A DNA stretch of 64,000 bases from Octopus vulgaris (GCA_951406725.2 OX597819.1:54870001-54934000); one strand, 5' to 3'. Numbered from the stretch's first letter, positions 27,645 to 41,189 are shown. Numbers and translations are program-made. The notes: generated from the letters alone by a model not told the origin.

Positions 27645-28378
27645 TAAGGCGTCGAGCTGGCAGAATCGTTAGCACGCCGGGCTATATGCATAGCGATATT
27701 TCGTCTGCCGCTACGTTCTGAGTTCAAATTCCGCCGAGTTGTCAAGCAGTGGTCGGGGACAAACACAATGACGTTGGCGGCGAGCTGGCAGAAACGTTAG
27801 CACGACGGGCGAAATGCTTAGCCGTATTTCGTCTGCCGTTACGTTCTGAGTACAAATTCCGCCGAGGTCAACTTTGCCTTTCATCCTTTCGGGGTCGATT
27901 AAATAAGTACCAGTTACGCACTGGGGTCGATATAATCGACTTAACCCGTTTGTCTGTCCTTGTTTGTCCTCTCTATGTTTAGCCCCTTGTGGGCAATAAA
28001 GAAATAAGAAACGTTAGCATGTCGGGCGAAATGCATAGCCGTATTTCGTCTGCCGTCACGTTCTGAGATCAAATTCCGCCGATGTCGACTTTGCCTTTCA
28101 TCCTTTCGGGGTCGATTAGATAAGTACCAGTTACGCACTGGGGTCGATATAATCGACTTAACCGTTTGTCTGTCCTTGTTTGTCCTCTCTGTGGGTAGTA
28201 AAGAAATAGGTATTTCATCTGCCGTTACGTTCTGATTTCAAATTCCGCCGAGGTCGATTTTGCCTTTCATCCTTTCGGGGCTGGATAAAATAAGTACCAG
28301 TTGAGTACTGGGTCGATGTAATCGTCTTAACGCCACCCTCCAAACTGCTGGCCTTTTACGAACATTTGAAACCATTAT
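27645..28378 (+). mobile_element. Head-to-tail array of four SINE B units
   Basis: Units start near 27645, 27776, 28008 and 28210; the last carries the B2 tail. Confidence 0.85.
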
Positions 28379-28708
28379 CAAATAATGTTTCCTAATCTAA
28401 GAACAAGTTTCGCAATTTCGAGCGGTTTAGTCGGTAATATCGTCCTTAGTCCTTGACTTGTTAAATAGTTTAAGAGGGTGAGCTGAAATGTTCTTAGCTT
28501 TAAGGGCGTCGCGAAAGGCCTGGCTGGAGGTCCAACCTTCTGATTTCTTTTAGGGGGCTTAGAAAAAGTGAAGGACTGCTGCAATAAGTGTCTGAATCTG
28601 AGCGGGTAATATTTTGAATAGAATCATAATTAACTGATCCTCCTGTATTTTCTTTTACCCAGAGCCAGGAAATGTCCAGTACCTCCACGTACATATCTTT
28701 TATCTCTT

Positions 28709-29108
28709 ACTCTTTTACTTGTTTCAGTCATTTGACTGCGGCCATGCTGGAGCTCCGCCTTTAGTCGTGCAAATCGACCCCAGGACTTATTCTTTGTAAG
28801 CCTAGTACTTATTCTATCGGTGTCTTTTTTCCTGAACCGCTAAGTTACAGGGACGTAAACACACCAGCATCGGTTGTCAAACGATGTTGGGTGGGACAAA
28901 CACAGACACACAAACATATACACACACATACATACATATATATATGACGGGCTTCTTTCAGTTTCCGTCTACCAAATCCACTCACAAGGCTTTGGTCGGC
29001 CCGAGGCTGTAGTAGAAGACACTTGCCCAAGGTTCCACGCAGTGGGAACGAACCCGGAACCATGTGGTTGGTAAGCAAGCTACTTACCACACAGTCACTC
29101 CTGCGCCT
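28709..29108 (-). mobile_element. SINE family A
   Basis: Full length. Confidence 0.9.
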
Positions 29109-29472
29109 ATATACGCCGGTAGTATGAAAGACAATACTGACCCCGGTAGGATTTGAACTCAGAAAGTAGAGAGTGGGGAGAAATATCCCAATGTTCTAAT
29201 GATTATGTCAACTTGCCTTCTAATTACATGCATTAAAATAACCCTATCTGTTATAGGCCCGGATTTTGTTTCTTTTAGCGGAGGGGGCAAGTTGATAGCA
29301 TCAATACCAGTATTTGCCTTGTACTAATTTCATGGACCTTCGAAAGCACGAAAAGCAAAGTCGATCCCGGCGGAATTTGAACTCAGAACATTTTGACGGA
29401 CGAAATGCCGCTAAGCATTTTGTCTCGCGTACTCACGATTCTGCTGGCTCGCTGCCTTTAAATACATTAAAA

Positions 29473-29586
29473 TTCCGGGTTCAGTCCCACTGCCTGGCAC
29501 CTAGGGCAAGTGCCTTCTACTTTAGCCTCGGGCCGACCAAAGCCTTGTGAGCAGATTTGGTAGACGGAAACTGAAAGAAGACCGTC

Positions 29587-29625
<39 letters not shown>

Positions 29626-29843
29626 AGTGTGTGTGTGTTTGTGTGTCTGTATTTGTCCCCTATCATCGCTTGACAACCGATGCTGGTGTGTTTACGTCTC
29701 CGTAAATTAGCGGTTCGGCAAAAGACACCGATAGAATAAGTGCTAGGCTTACAAAGAATAAGTCCTGAGATCGATTTGCTCGACTAAAGGTGGTGCTCCA
29801 GCATGGCCGCGGTGAAATGACTGAAACAAGTAAAAGAGTAAAA
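29473..29843 (+). mobile_element. SINE family A, 5'-truncated
   Basis: Starts at the B-box. Confidence 0.88.
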
Positions 29844-29903
29844 TGATGTAAATATTTTAGAAGATAACCATTTCTGTTATGATAAACACACCGCTATAGC
29901 TAC

Positions 29904-29963
<60 letters not shown>

Positions 29964-30879
29964 TGTACGCTGGTGTCTATGTCACATACGTATTTCTACG
30001 TGCGTGCTGTGTGCCGGTGTCTGTGTTACACACACACATGAGTATGCGGATCTAGATATTAACCGTGTAAAATTGTGAATAGTAATTTGAAACCACCACC
30101 GCGCTTGTTCGTTTCGATATTAAATTAGTGTTTATGTTTTGGTGTGGTTTATACTAAACTCATAATAGCCTTTAACACACACGCACACATGTACGTACCT
30201 ACTGACGAACGGACGAAACAAAAAGCAATTTCTTTATTTTCTGTATGGTAATAAGGGTATATAGGTCTATAAAGTAATATCTATATCTAGTATGTTGTTG
30301 GTTCTTATCCTGAACATGGTAGAATTTGATCACGGGAACTGAGACACAAAATTAAATACATTATCACGTGCAGTAGAATATATGTGTATGTATGAATGTA
30401 TGTAAAATGTGGGTGTGCAACCATAAGCCGCTTTCTAGTCTTTTCTCTCCGTTTGTAATGTTTACATGTGTATATCAGTTATTACTTTCTCACTCTTATA
30501 TTATATACTGATGCAAAAGAAATGAAATCGTGGTATTATGAAGCAAAATCAGAATTTTATGGTATACATACACATCGGTGCGAACACACAGACACACACA
30601 CATCAGTGCGCGCACACACAGACACACAACTATATTAAACTGATTCGACGCCAACATTCGATGTATATGCACTAAGCGAAAGAGACGAGAAACTGCTTTG
30701 TTGACATCCATATGATAGGAGAAATAATGTAGTTTCATATTTGATACATGTATAGAAAGATAGATAAACATTTTGTCTACACAAAGAAAAACTAGAGGAA
30801 TAAAATTTAAGTTCTTTATTCGGGCTGTTTAGTTAGCAAAACATTTTTCCTTCCGATAACTTGCAGCACAACTCGCTTA

Positions 30880-31260
30880 CAGTGAGTCAGACTGCAAAAT
30901 TATCAAAGCCAGATCATTAATAATTCAAATCTTTCTCACCGTCTCTCATTCATCTTTTCCATTAAACTAGTCTCTTCTTTCTTATTATCTTTTTCTTCTA
31001 CCTTGTTTGCTCTTCTTTTTTTATCGCTTTCTTTTTCTTCCGTTAAGAACAAAAGATAGCGAATAGTGTCAACTGATGGCGGCCAGGAAAAACGTGTAAG
31101 AAGCGGCCAATCATATCAGTGCTGTTCGTGTCATCTGGTCTCTTGGAGCGGTAGTTCTGCTTTAGGCAGCCGGCTTCCTGGCCACCTCTCTCTCTTTCCT
31201 CCTCTCTAACTCCCCCTCTCTATTTAGAAAGGAACGGTAGGCGCAAGCCACCGACACTTC
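30880..31260 (+). promoter_or_regulatory. Putative fascin promoter
   Basis: Repeat-free, CpG-retaining region with AP-1 TGAGTCA (30883-89), GGCCAATCA (31105-13) and TATA-like TATTTAGAAA (31221-30); no ATG between 31256 and the start codon. Confidence 0.45.
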
Positions 31261-31466
31261 ATCAAAATTACTTCGTCTTTCTAACCGATCTCACCTCTCC
31301 TCTCTCCTTCCCTCCCTTTGTCTTTTTAGTTGTGAGCACCTTCTATCTCCTGCTAGAGCTACCGAGGAGAGAGACAAGTGTAGCACTCTAGCAAAGCCGC
31401 ATACAAACTGGGATTTTTTTTCGACCGTCAAAACGAACGAACTTAATTAATCAAGAGGTTTCCACT

Positions 31467-32310
31467 ATGTCAGAAAACGGATTAAACGGACACAGGAATA
31501 ACTTGACGAGCCTTCAGTGGAAAGTTGGATTTATTAATTCAGAGCAGAAATACTTAACAGCTGAGACATTCGGTCATAAGATAAATGCTTCTGGAACGGG
31601 TTTAAAGAAAAGACAAGCATGGACATTGGAGCAAGACCCGAAAGAGGAGGTAGTCTACATTCGGAGCCACTTAGGTCGATACCTGTCTTCAGATAGATAT
31701 GGAAATATTACCGGAGAGTGCGAAGAGCCAGGCCGTTCGGAAAAGTTTTCTATTGAATATAATGATAAGGGCCAGTGGGCAATTAAGAACGTAGAACATG
31801 GTTGTTATGTGGGAGGAATCGATAACAATGTTATTGGACATAACAAGCCGCCCACATCCACAGAATGGTGGACCTTACAATTAGCAATTCATCCACAAGT
31901 TAACCTTAAAAACGTAAATAGGAAAGTTTATGCCCGTCTAGCAGCCGAGGAGGGCGAAATTCAATTTACCGAGGTGATTCCATGGGGCCAAGATTGTTTG
32001 ATCATTTTGAAATTTGTCGAGGGCAAATATGCACTGGTCACTTGTGATAATCGGTATTTACACCGTGATGGCCATCTGGTCGAGGAGTTGTCTCCAGAAA
32101 CTTTATTTACAATTGAGCTCAAGTCGGGTCAAATCTCTGGTCTAGCTCTGAAAGATGTTGACGGTTGCTACTTAACCGCTGTCGGACACACTGCCGTAAT
32201 GAAGGCACGTAACAGAGCCATCACAAAAGACGAACTATTTACTATCGAAGACAGCCATCCACAAGTCACCTTTACTTCCCATACTGGCAGAATTGTATCA
32301 ATTAAGCAAG
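31467..32310 (+). CDS. FSCN: Fascin (singed) actin-bundling protein, first coding exon (beta-trefoils 1, 2 and start of 3)
   Basis: Fascin motifs KYLTAETFGHKINAS..LKKRQAWTLE, SHLGRYLS, LAIHPQVNL, IPWGQD, TKDELFTIEDSHPQV. Donor CAAG|GTAAGC at 32310/32311, phase 1 after 281 codons. Confidence 0.97.
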
Positions 32311-33623
32311 GTAAGCCCGTAACTTCCCAATCCTTCCAATATCCATTCACATAGAGAAACGTATCTATAAAATTTCATAAATTAATAAATATTAGCATTT
32401 TACCTATGAATGAATCGGTGTTGAATTAATAGGAAATCATTTAATGTTACTATTTTTATAAGGGGAATATCAAGCTCATTCATTCAATTGTTCGTTTGCT
32501 TCCGCAATCATTTTAGCATCTTCTCTTTCCAACATAGTTGGGATTCCTCCTAATCTCGCTATTATGAAATTGTTCTCTAAATTTTACTCCTGTAACTTGA
32601 AATGTAAACGACCTGCCATTTCAACAGCATTTCGATTTATTATTGCATGTTTCACCTTTTTAAAATTAAACTAGAATGATGTTATCGAAGAAGAGGAAAC
32701 TCTTGAACCTTCGCATCTTCTAGGGGATTTTCATGTTAATTTCCTCCTTTCCCATTTTTTGTGCAGGGTATTAACCGGCTAATTTTATTCATGCTACATT
32801 TTCTCTACAATGTACATATTTCATGTACTGATCTGAAATAAAACAGTAGAGTCGGGGTATCTTATCCGAATTTTTAATTTCGTTTTTAATTTTTTTTTAG
32901 TGTCAATTTTTACCTTTCATTTTATTTCAAGGAAATGACACATTCAAAACATTAATTCTTTATATAGTTTTTTTGCTTTTTTTTTTCTAAATTATTACTA
33001 TATCTTGTATTTTTTTTTTTCTTGTTTAAGTCACAATGATTCAGCATGACTGTTTTATCAGTAAATCCTATGTGTAAATGAGGGAGAGTTCAGACTGCTG
33101 TGTGGTAGCGGTGGCAGAGGTTATGGTAGACCGTTGTCAGTCGCTATCATCATCATTTATAATGCTGCCCTAGACCTTGCAAGTTACTACTACACACAAT
33201 TTCTACGACTGCTTCTCCGCTAGAAATCTTTCAACCTTTCTCTGTTTCCCTTCCTTTTTCAATTTCCATTTTTCTCTTTTCTTTTCCATTTTTTCTCTCT
33301 TTTTCTTTATATCTCCCTCTTTTTACCCTCCTTTTCTTCCTCGTTGTCTTTAATAAGTGATAAAAATGACATGTTTTTAACATAAATTTGAGCTGTTTCA
33401 TCGTTATCGACATCTTATTGTTCTTATCAAACCTCCCCTTACATACATACATACTAACCTCGTGTCTTTTAGCTCATTAGTTGAAATCGAAAACGCGAAG
33501 GTTCTTTAGAGCTGCTGAAACATGGTAGTTCTGACAGCACACATGTTCAATGCATGGACGTTATTCAGTCACCGCATTAATTATTGTCATTAACCAATTA
33601 CACTTGTCAATATGTTCAAATTC

Positions 33624-33666
<43 letters not shown>

Positions 33667-33828
33667 TAAGCCTTATCTTTCGGAGAAAAATGTGCTTTTA
33701 CCTTAGTAGAAAAATTAACCCCCCACCCCCAACCGGCATCTTTCCGCTATCTTACTACCTTTTCCTATTTATCTTTATCTTATCTCTTATCTATCTCCCT
33801 CACTCACCTCTCTCTTTTTCTTTAGGTG

Positions 33829-33860
<32 letters not shown>

Positions 33861-34939
33861 CATGTGTATGTGTGTCTCTTTCTCTCTCTAAATATATGTG
33901 TGTGTTTGTGTGTATATATATGTGTATATGGATGTATGCATGTGTGAGTGTGTATATCTGTTGTGTGGGTGCGGTAAACCGGCTTTACATATCCAGACGT
34001 TTCTGACCATCGATCAGATGATCAATACGACTACATACCTTCGCTTGAAAATTTGTCGATTTTTACCTATAAGTAAAAATCATTATTATAGTATCATTTA
34101 AAACATAAAGAAATGCATGAATGTCACGTAATCTTATTGCTCAGTCAGTCTACTGTAACTCTAAAATATTTTCCTTGTGTAAATCTTTTTAATAACAAGA
34201 CGACGTCACCTGCTTCGCCGGTGTTGTTAAATTTTCATGTTTTACAATATCTTAGAATAAATGTTTTATTTTTAATTGCAGTCTTATGATAATATTTATT
34301 ATAAAATCAAACCCCTTGAGAATTCATGGAATAGATGCAGATTTATACAAAATATATATTTTTGAATAAATCACTAGATCTATTGTTGATTAAAGTGCCT
34401 TTGTTTTATTAATTAACATATACAATACTTTCGGCTTTTTAATTAAAGATCACGGGACTTATTTAATAATTAAATTAGTTGCAATATCAGGAAGATATTA
34501 ATATCAATACTTATATTTATATGGTTAATGAAATGAGGTTGGACAGAGATATTCCTCTTTCATTCTGCATGATTTTGATTGCAGAACAAGAACTGATGCC
34601 ATTCTTTACCAAAGCTATAGTTGTCCGCTACTAAATCGCCACCACTATTTCCCATTAATTTGTAATATGCCGATTCACGAATTAAGTGTCACTTTCTATC
34701 TTCAGTTAAGCGATTTTACTTCCTTTTCGCCTTTAATACATTTGCGAAAAGGAATGAATGACAAAGTTACATTTTTGTTGTTCGTTGCTTTTACAGAATC
34801 TATTTTTATCTCTATCCATACACATTTTTCTTGTTCTGTTCACCAATAAGAACCAAATCCGAACGTGCCAACAAGAGAGCTCGTCTCTAAATTCTCGTTC
34901 AAACCATAATCTGCTTTAAAGAAGATACACTGCCTAAAA

Positions 34940-35730
34940 GAAAGAAAAAACAGGATGATCACAATTGGAACATCTTTGATCATTTGTCTGCTCGTTCAGA
35001 AGTTGACCTAGACACTTTATGTTAAACGAACCAGTTACCAAACTCTCTATTTGGTCGCACAAACCTGCTAAAAGTAGAAATAAAATTATACCTATATAAG
35101 GATAAAATTGAAAGAAAAAAAAATAAAAGGTGGGGGCGAGTGAGTCATGGCTGGAACTTGATTTGATCGTAGGTACTTTCTATCAGCAACAATACCTGCT
35201 AAATTTTATTTCATTAGTCATTCACGACCTACCTACTTTACATGTCAAACCAAATTTTCTATTGTTGCTTTGTTGCTTCTCGGAAAAACCTGTTTGAGAC
35301 CAACAAGATAGTTATTACATGGTTGTTCGGCTTGCAAGAAAAAAAAATTAAAATCTCCCGAGCAGGCCTTCAACCGTCTTTAAAAGTGAAGGATACATTG
35401 GACAATGCAGTTGTAGATATACAAAGAAATGATTGAATGGTCACCGTCGGAACGTTTTATATCATAGGTTTGCTGAATCAGAGCTGACCTGGGGCTAAAT
35501 AATAACCTGTGTAAAAGAAAGAGACAAGCCGGTATGTGATCACTTGACCTGTTAGAAATGGCAGCCAAATGTCAAAAGTATGACGAACAACACCACCTTT
35601 TAAAAGCAAAATGGGAAGGGTATTAAACGATCTAGTCCTTGATAAATCACCGAATAAAATACCTGATTGTTGGAATAGGTTTTTTTTATGGGTTTTCTCG
35701 ATTATGATTGATCTGTGGCTAAACAAACAA
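34940..35730 (+). repeat. Cluster of about four degraded ~200-bp copies of an old repeat
   Basis: Recurring GGCTGGAA..TTTGATCATAGG..ATCAGAGCTGACCTGGGGCTAAA-like block, also at 20360-20560, 42200-42270 and 59020-59110 (-). Confidence 0.5.
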
Positions 35731-37972
35731 CCTGTATTGTTTTTATTGTCTTTAAAGTTATTGCAATAAGTATTTTTTGTTTAGAAATCCTCTTGGAAAT
35801 TCTTTAATGGTCTTTTTTTCCATTTTGACATTTTTTTGTCACACTAACCTTGGCGTATCTTAATTTGGCATTTTATTATTTTATTTTTTATCCTTGGTTT
35901 TAAGTCAGAACGACCGACCCTTCTCTTGACTTTTCTGGGTTTTAAAGACCAGAAAAGAGAGGGGGAGCTCTTTCTTGCTTTGTCATATTTCCCCTTATGA
36001 AGGAAGTTCTCAGCTACATTATAATATCGAGTCCCCCACCTCTTCCTCATTTTCCCCGCCCTTCCCCCCATTCGCATCACATGTCCGACTACCCTACCCC
36101 CTACTCCTACCCTTTCTCCTCTTCCCGGTCTCATATTTTGAGTCTAGGTCGGTATGACATGACATTATTTCATTTCAGATACGACTTCCCTTCAATAGAT
36201 ATTGTACTCTTCAAATCGAAATGGAATCTATAGTAGTGTATGTGAATGTGTGAGGGCGGGAGGGAGGTATTGTTAGGTGGAGATTCGGGGATATTCAATA
36301 ATGTGACGCCAAGTTCTGAGTTGTTCCTTCTGAGAATTTATATCCTTTTATTTTGGAGTGTCTCAAAGATTTAGTCTTTTTTTTTTTTTTACTTCTGTCA
36401 ATACCATCATGATGATGTCTTCTCCTCACTTATTGTTACAAAAAAAAAAAAAAAGTAAAGAAAAATTCCTTTGACCAGGCTCTTTCTCTTTATACTGGAT
36501 ACGAAGTTCTATGTTCAAAAGCGATTTTACTGAGGATGGTGGGGGTCCCGAAAAAGAAATTTTCTTTCTTTCATAAAGTTTGAAGAGCACCATCAGTTAC
36601 AACCATATGTAAGTGTACATAGAGAAGTTGTTACATATACACTTTTTTTTTCATCTCTGAACATATACTACGTACAGGCGACTGACATAATTCTTGCTCA
36701 ACCATTACGTTATATGGGAGGGGATAGAGACTGGAGAATGCTGTCGATCTATTCAGCAGACATATCTTTATAGTATTTTTTGCTTTTGGTTCCTTTAAGT
36801 AGATTTTATGTGACACTTATGTTTCTCTGATGGGGAATTTGACTCGGATATGTAGTTTTGAAATTATATCCTCCAGCTCAAATTACCTACGTTGAAGATA
36901 ATCTCTTTTCTCTCAAATGATTCTTAAAATTTCCGTTATAAATTTATTCAAGTTTATTTCTTTTTCATGGCTGGTGAGTGAATTTCGTTGTCTAAAACTG
37001 AATGATGCCTGTCCTATGTGTACATATGTGTGTATTTAAATATATGTACGTACGTGTGGTGTGTGTGTTTATGCCTCCTTGTCTTGACATCGTGCGTTAG
37101 TTAGTTGTAATATGAGTATCACCTTAATACTAAACATTTTCCTTTTCTTTCCAATCTTCGGTGAAAATATGCCTGCCCGTGGGGAAACATCACTTTACTT
37201 GAAAACGGGTGAGGGTTAGCAACAGGAAAAGCATTCATTTGTAGAAAATCTGCCCCAACGATCTCTGACTGACCCAGGCACGCGTGGAAAAGTAGATGTT
37301 AAATGGCGATTTGCTTGTTTTAAATAATTTTAATAATTTCACAGCTTTATGCACAACACACCTTTTTCGATCTGTTGCATAAATTAACATTAGGAGGAAA
37401 CGTACAGCTGACTCAATTCTGTATGTCAATTTATGCTCTAAAGTTACTTTGATTTTAATTTTCGTTTTTGACTCAGACCCAAGTGTTTTTATTTTGGAGA
37501 GGTAGATCACCGGATGGATAGCAGATACATTTTATTGGGTGGAGAAAGTTTAAGCTAAATGTGTTTCTGTGTTAAAAGATGGCAAATGTCATCAAACATC
37601 CTGATAATTCCTCAGTTGGATTCATGTCAAAAAAAATGACCACTTCCAAATGTCAGTAAGATCTCATACCAAAATGAACTGAAGACTGCAAAGCAAATGG
37701 AACTTAATAGAACCTGTCTTTAGATTGATTTTTTTTGTTTTTTTTTTGTTTGAAGCTGGCAGAATAAATATGAATAAAGATATAGACATGCTTGTATGAT
37801 TCAGGAATTTTGTTTTGCAATCATGCAGTTCTTGTTTGATCTCACTGTTTGGCAGGTAACCAATACTGTCTGAATGGAATTTGGTTAGAGGATGTGTGCG
37901 TGTGTAAGGCTGTATGTATATATGTATATATATACATATATCTGTGTATATATACATATATATATGTGTATG

Positions 37973-38003
<31 letters not shown>

Positions 38004-38519
38004 ACATGTGCTGGTGTAGCTGTTTGTATGTATATGTGTGTGTGTAAAATATATATATATATATATATCAAGAGAGAGAGATATACAGGTGTTGTGTGAT
38101 AAGAAGCTTGCTTTCTAACCACATAGTCTGAGGTTCAGTCCCGCTGCATGGCACCATAGGCGAGTGTCTTCTACTATAACCTTGAATTGACCAAAGTCTT
38201 GTGAGTGGATTTGGTAGATAGAAACTAAAAGAAGCCTGTCGTATATGTGTGTCTTTGGATTTGTCCCCCACTACTGCTTGATAATTGGTGTTTGTCACTG
38301 TAACCTAGCGCTTTGGCAAAAGAGACTGATAGAATGACAGCCAGGCTTCAAAAAAGAAATAAGTACTGGGGTTGATTCTTTTGACTAAAAATTCTTCATG
38401 TCCGTAGTGTAAAGACATACAAGTGAAATATAAATCGTTGCTATTATGCAAAATGTCGTAAGCCCAAAATGTTGTTTTTTCAGAAAACAAAAAAATAGTT
38501 TCACCATTCCATAGCAAAA

Positions 38520-38750
38520 CAGCGACAAGCTAGCAGAACCGTTAGCACACCAGGCAAAATGCTTAGCGGTATTTTGTCTAGCGTTACATTCTGAGTTCAA
38601 ATTCTGCTGAGGTCGACTTTGCCTTTCATTCTTTTGGGGTCAATAAATTAAGTACCAGTTACGCACTGGGGTCAATGTAATCGACTTAATCCCTTTGTCC
38701 TTGTTTGTCCCCTCTGTTTTTAGCCCCTTGTGGGCAATAAAGAAATAAAA
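38520..38750 (+). mobile_element. SINE family B, CpG-decayed
   Basis: Family B sequence with many CG>TG/CA changes. Confidence 0.85.
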
Positions 38751-38936
38751 ACTGTTGTACTACACTTTGACAATTTTTGATATCTTGGCATCTGAAGCAG
38801 CTGGAGATAGGATAATTTGACCAAAAGAACCAGCTAATGCAAGCAAGAATAAATATTGAAAAAAACGCATTTGACCAAATTTGGACATACGACAGTTTAA
38901 CATAACAATGTGTGTGTGTGTAGAAATTTTTTTAAT

Positions 38937-39121
38937 TTAGTTCCATAACCACCAAAATTACCTGATGGTTTCATAAATAATTAGTCCTCCTTACAATGGG
39001 ATAACAATTAGATACTCATTAGCCATATCTGATGAAATGAGTATCTTAATTGCTCTTCCTTTGTAAAGAGGATTAAATATTTATGAAACCATCCAGTTGT
39101 TTTGGCAGTTATTGAGCCAAT
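38937..39121. repeat. Imperfect ~185-bp fold-back (old MITE-like)
   Basis: GATGGTTTCATAAATA..GATACTCATT versus AATGAGTATC..TATTTATGAAACCATC, with a ~15-nt loop. Confidence 0.8.
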
Positions 39122-41189
39122 AATACACCCACTCTAGGTGAAATAAACATCAAAGGAGCTAATCAGTTATTGCAAGCTCTTCTTCTGAATTCATCAAAGT
39201 GTGTGCGCGTGCACGCACACACACACACACACACAGATCTCTATTGGTTTTGTCAGGGAGGATTCAGGTGTCTGATCAATTGAGCGTGCTCAATAGATTA
39301 GCATGTGATTGATTGAGTATTCCACAGTCATGAATTCCCTTAAGGTAATTCTTGGACAGAATCAGCATGACACTGTGTGTGACAATCCTGTAATTCAAAA
39401 AAGAGGTGTGTTTGTAGGTCTGTGTGTGTATTTGAAGGGTCTTGCAGGTTACTTGGTGACCTCACTGCTGCTGGTGCTACATAAAAACAAAAAACATTTA
39501 GTTCATTCTGTAAAGGTGTTGGCATTAGGAAGGGTAATTAGCTGTAGAAATTATGCCAGACCAGGTACTAGACCATGGTGCAGTCTTTGACTTGCTAGCT
39601 CCTGTCAAAATGTCCAACCCATGTCAACATGGAAAGCAGTTCATAAATGATGATGATAATTCTTGTCCGTGCCTCTGTTTACAACTGTTTATGAACCTGC
39701 CTAGTGCTTTGACAAATAGAGATTGATAAAATAGGTGCTGAGGTCAATATGATAGAGTAAACCCTTGACAGAAGTCCAATGACTGAAGCTAATATAAAAA
39801 ATAGAAATAGTGGAACAATTCTTTTTCTTGCAAATGTTTTTTTTTCCTGCAGGTTTGAAAGCAATGTAAAATGGTTTTTCTTGTTCCTTCTCAATCTAAG
39901 ATCTGTTAGAGGAATTTTAAAATTAAAATAATAAGTTTCTCTTTGTTTTTCTTTACAAGCGTTTCTGTCATTTTATACTAATGACTAACAAATACTTGCC
40001 CAGTTCTTGGGTTCACAAACAGAAACACTTAGAAAAAATCTTAACTATTAATATACAACTACTTTCTGACAGGAAGTATCTAATACTGCTAATTCTTAGA
40101 GGTTTTCTAAGCTTACATAACTTGGTTATCTCAGATTATCACTGAATCATGCAGTAACATGTAATAATGACATGTATTGTTATAACAACATTCTTGGTCA
40201 TTTTACTTTTACTTCTCATGTTTTAACTATGCTATTGTTGCCATTTCATAGTAGAATGGTTCTTACAACACTGGGAGAATATATAACATCAGATTAAAAG
40301 CATTTAAAATTAGACTTTTTACTTTTCTGTCTGGTTGTACATCCATACTATTTTTGCAAGTCAATGAGAATGCCTTGATATTATAGCTCTAGTTGCTAGA
40401 AATAGCAGTTAACCTTCTTTTAAATCACACTGCTTTAAAAGGGAAGGCTATGTTAAATAATGCCAATTTTAGATTGGCAGTAAATGGGCAAATTCAATAG
40501 TTTGACAGAATGCCTCATGGTTTTCTTGGCACTTTGCATTCCATGTTTATTCTTACTATTATTTTAACATTAGTAATATATAATTACAATAATGCTAATA
40601 GCCTATACATTTTCTTTATTTATAACCACTGAAAGACAAAAAATTGAAACAATTTGAAGTTTTTTCTCAGAATCATTTTCCTATTGTGCTACCATCCTTA
40701 AAACTTCTGTATTTGTTAGATGAATCCATCATCCCTCTACTCACAATCAAAGCTTTAGGCCATCAATGGTACTCAAATTATGAATATTCAGATTTTACAA
40801 ATATTGAATTTGATTTTTACATAATTCCTTTTAAAGAACTAAATGATGGATCACTCTGCCTTATAGAAATAGCTCATCATTCAATTATTCCAATAAAAAA
40901 CAAATGCTTGAATGATTATCTCCATCTGCTGACATAATACACTCTTAAACTGTTTTCTCTTTGGAAGTTAACCCTTTTGTTACCATATTCGCTTTGAAAT
41001 ACTTGGCCTTTGTTCCAGTTAATTTTTAAAATAATAAATATAATAAAATAACAACCTATGCCAGCATGGACAACAAACGTTAAATGATAATAGTGATCAT
41101 TATTATACTTTTTTGGGGGACACAAATTAACATGAAATTTTAATGAAGGAATTCGATTTAGATTACTTTAAAACAAGATGTTAGTACTG

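Noticed and set aside
30202-30220. CTGACGA-ACGGAC-GAAAC
   Set aside because: No stem II or stem III pairing.
32311-32354. Last 14 residues of the 295-aa ORF as fascin coding sequence
   Set aside because: Fascin similarity stops at the GTAAGC donor.
36530-36570. CTGAGGA...GAAA hammerhead-like string
   Set aside because: Stem II has only 2 bp and there is no stem I; likely chance.
39835-39870. Strong-looking acceptor TTTTTCCTGCAG as fascin exon 2
   Set aside because: In phase it gives GLKAM then a stop, with no fascin similarity.
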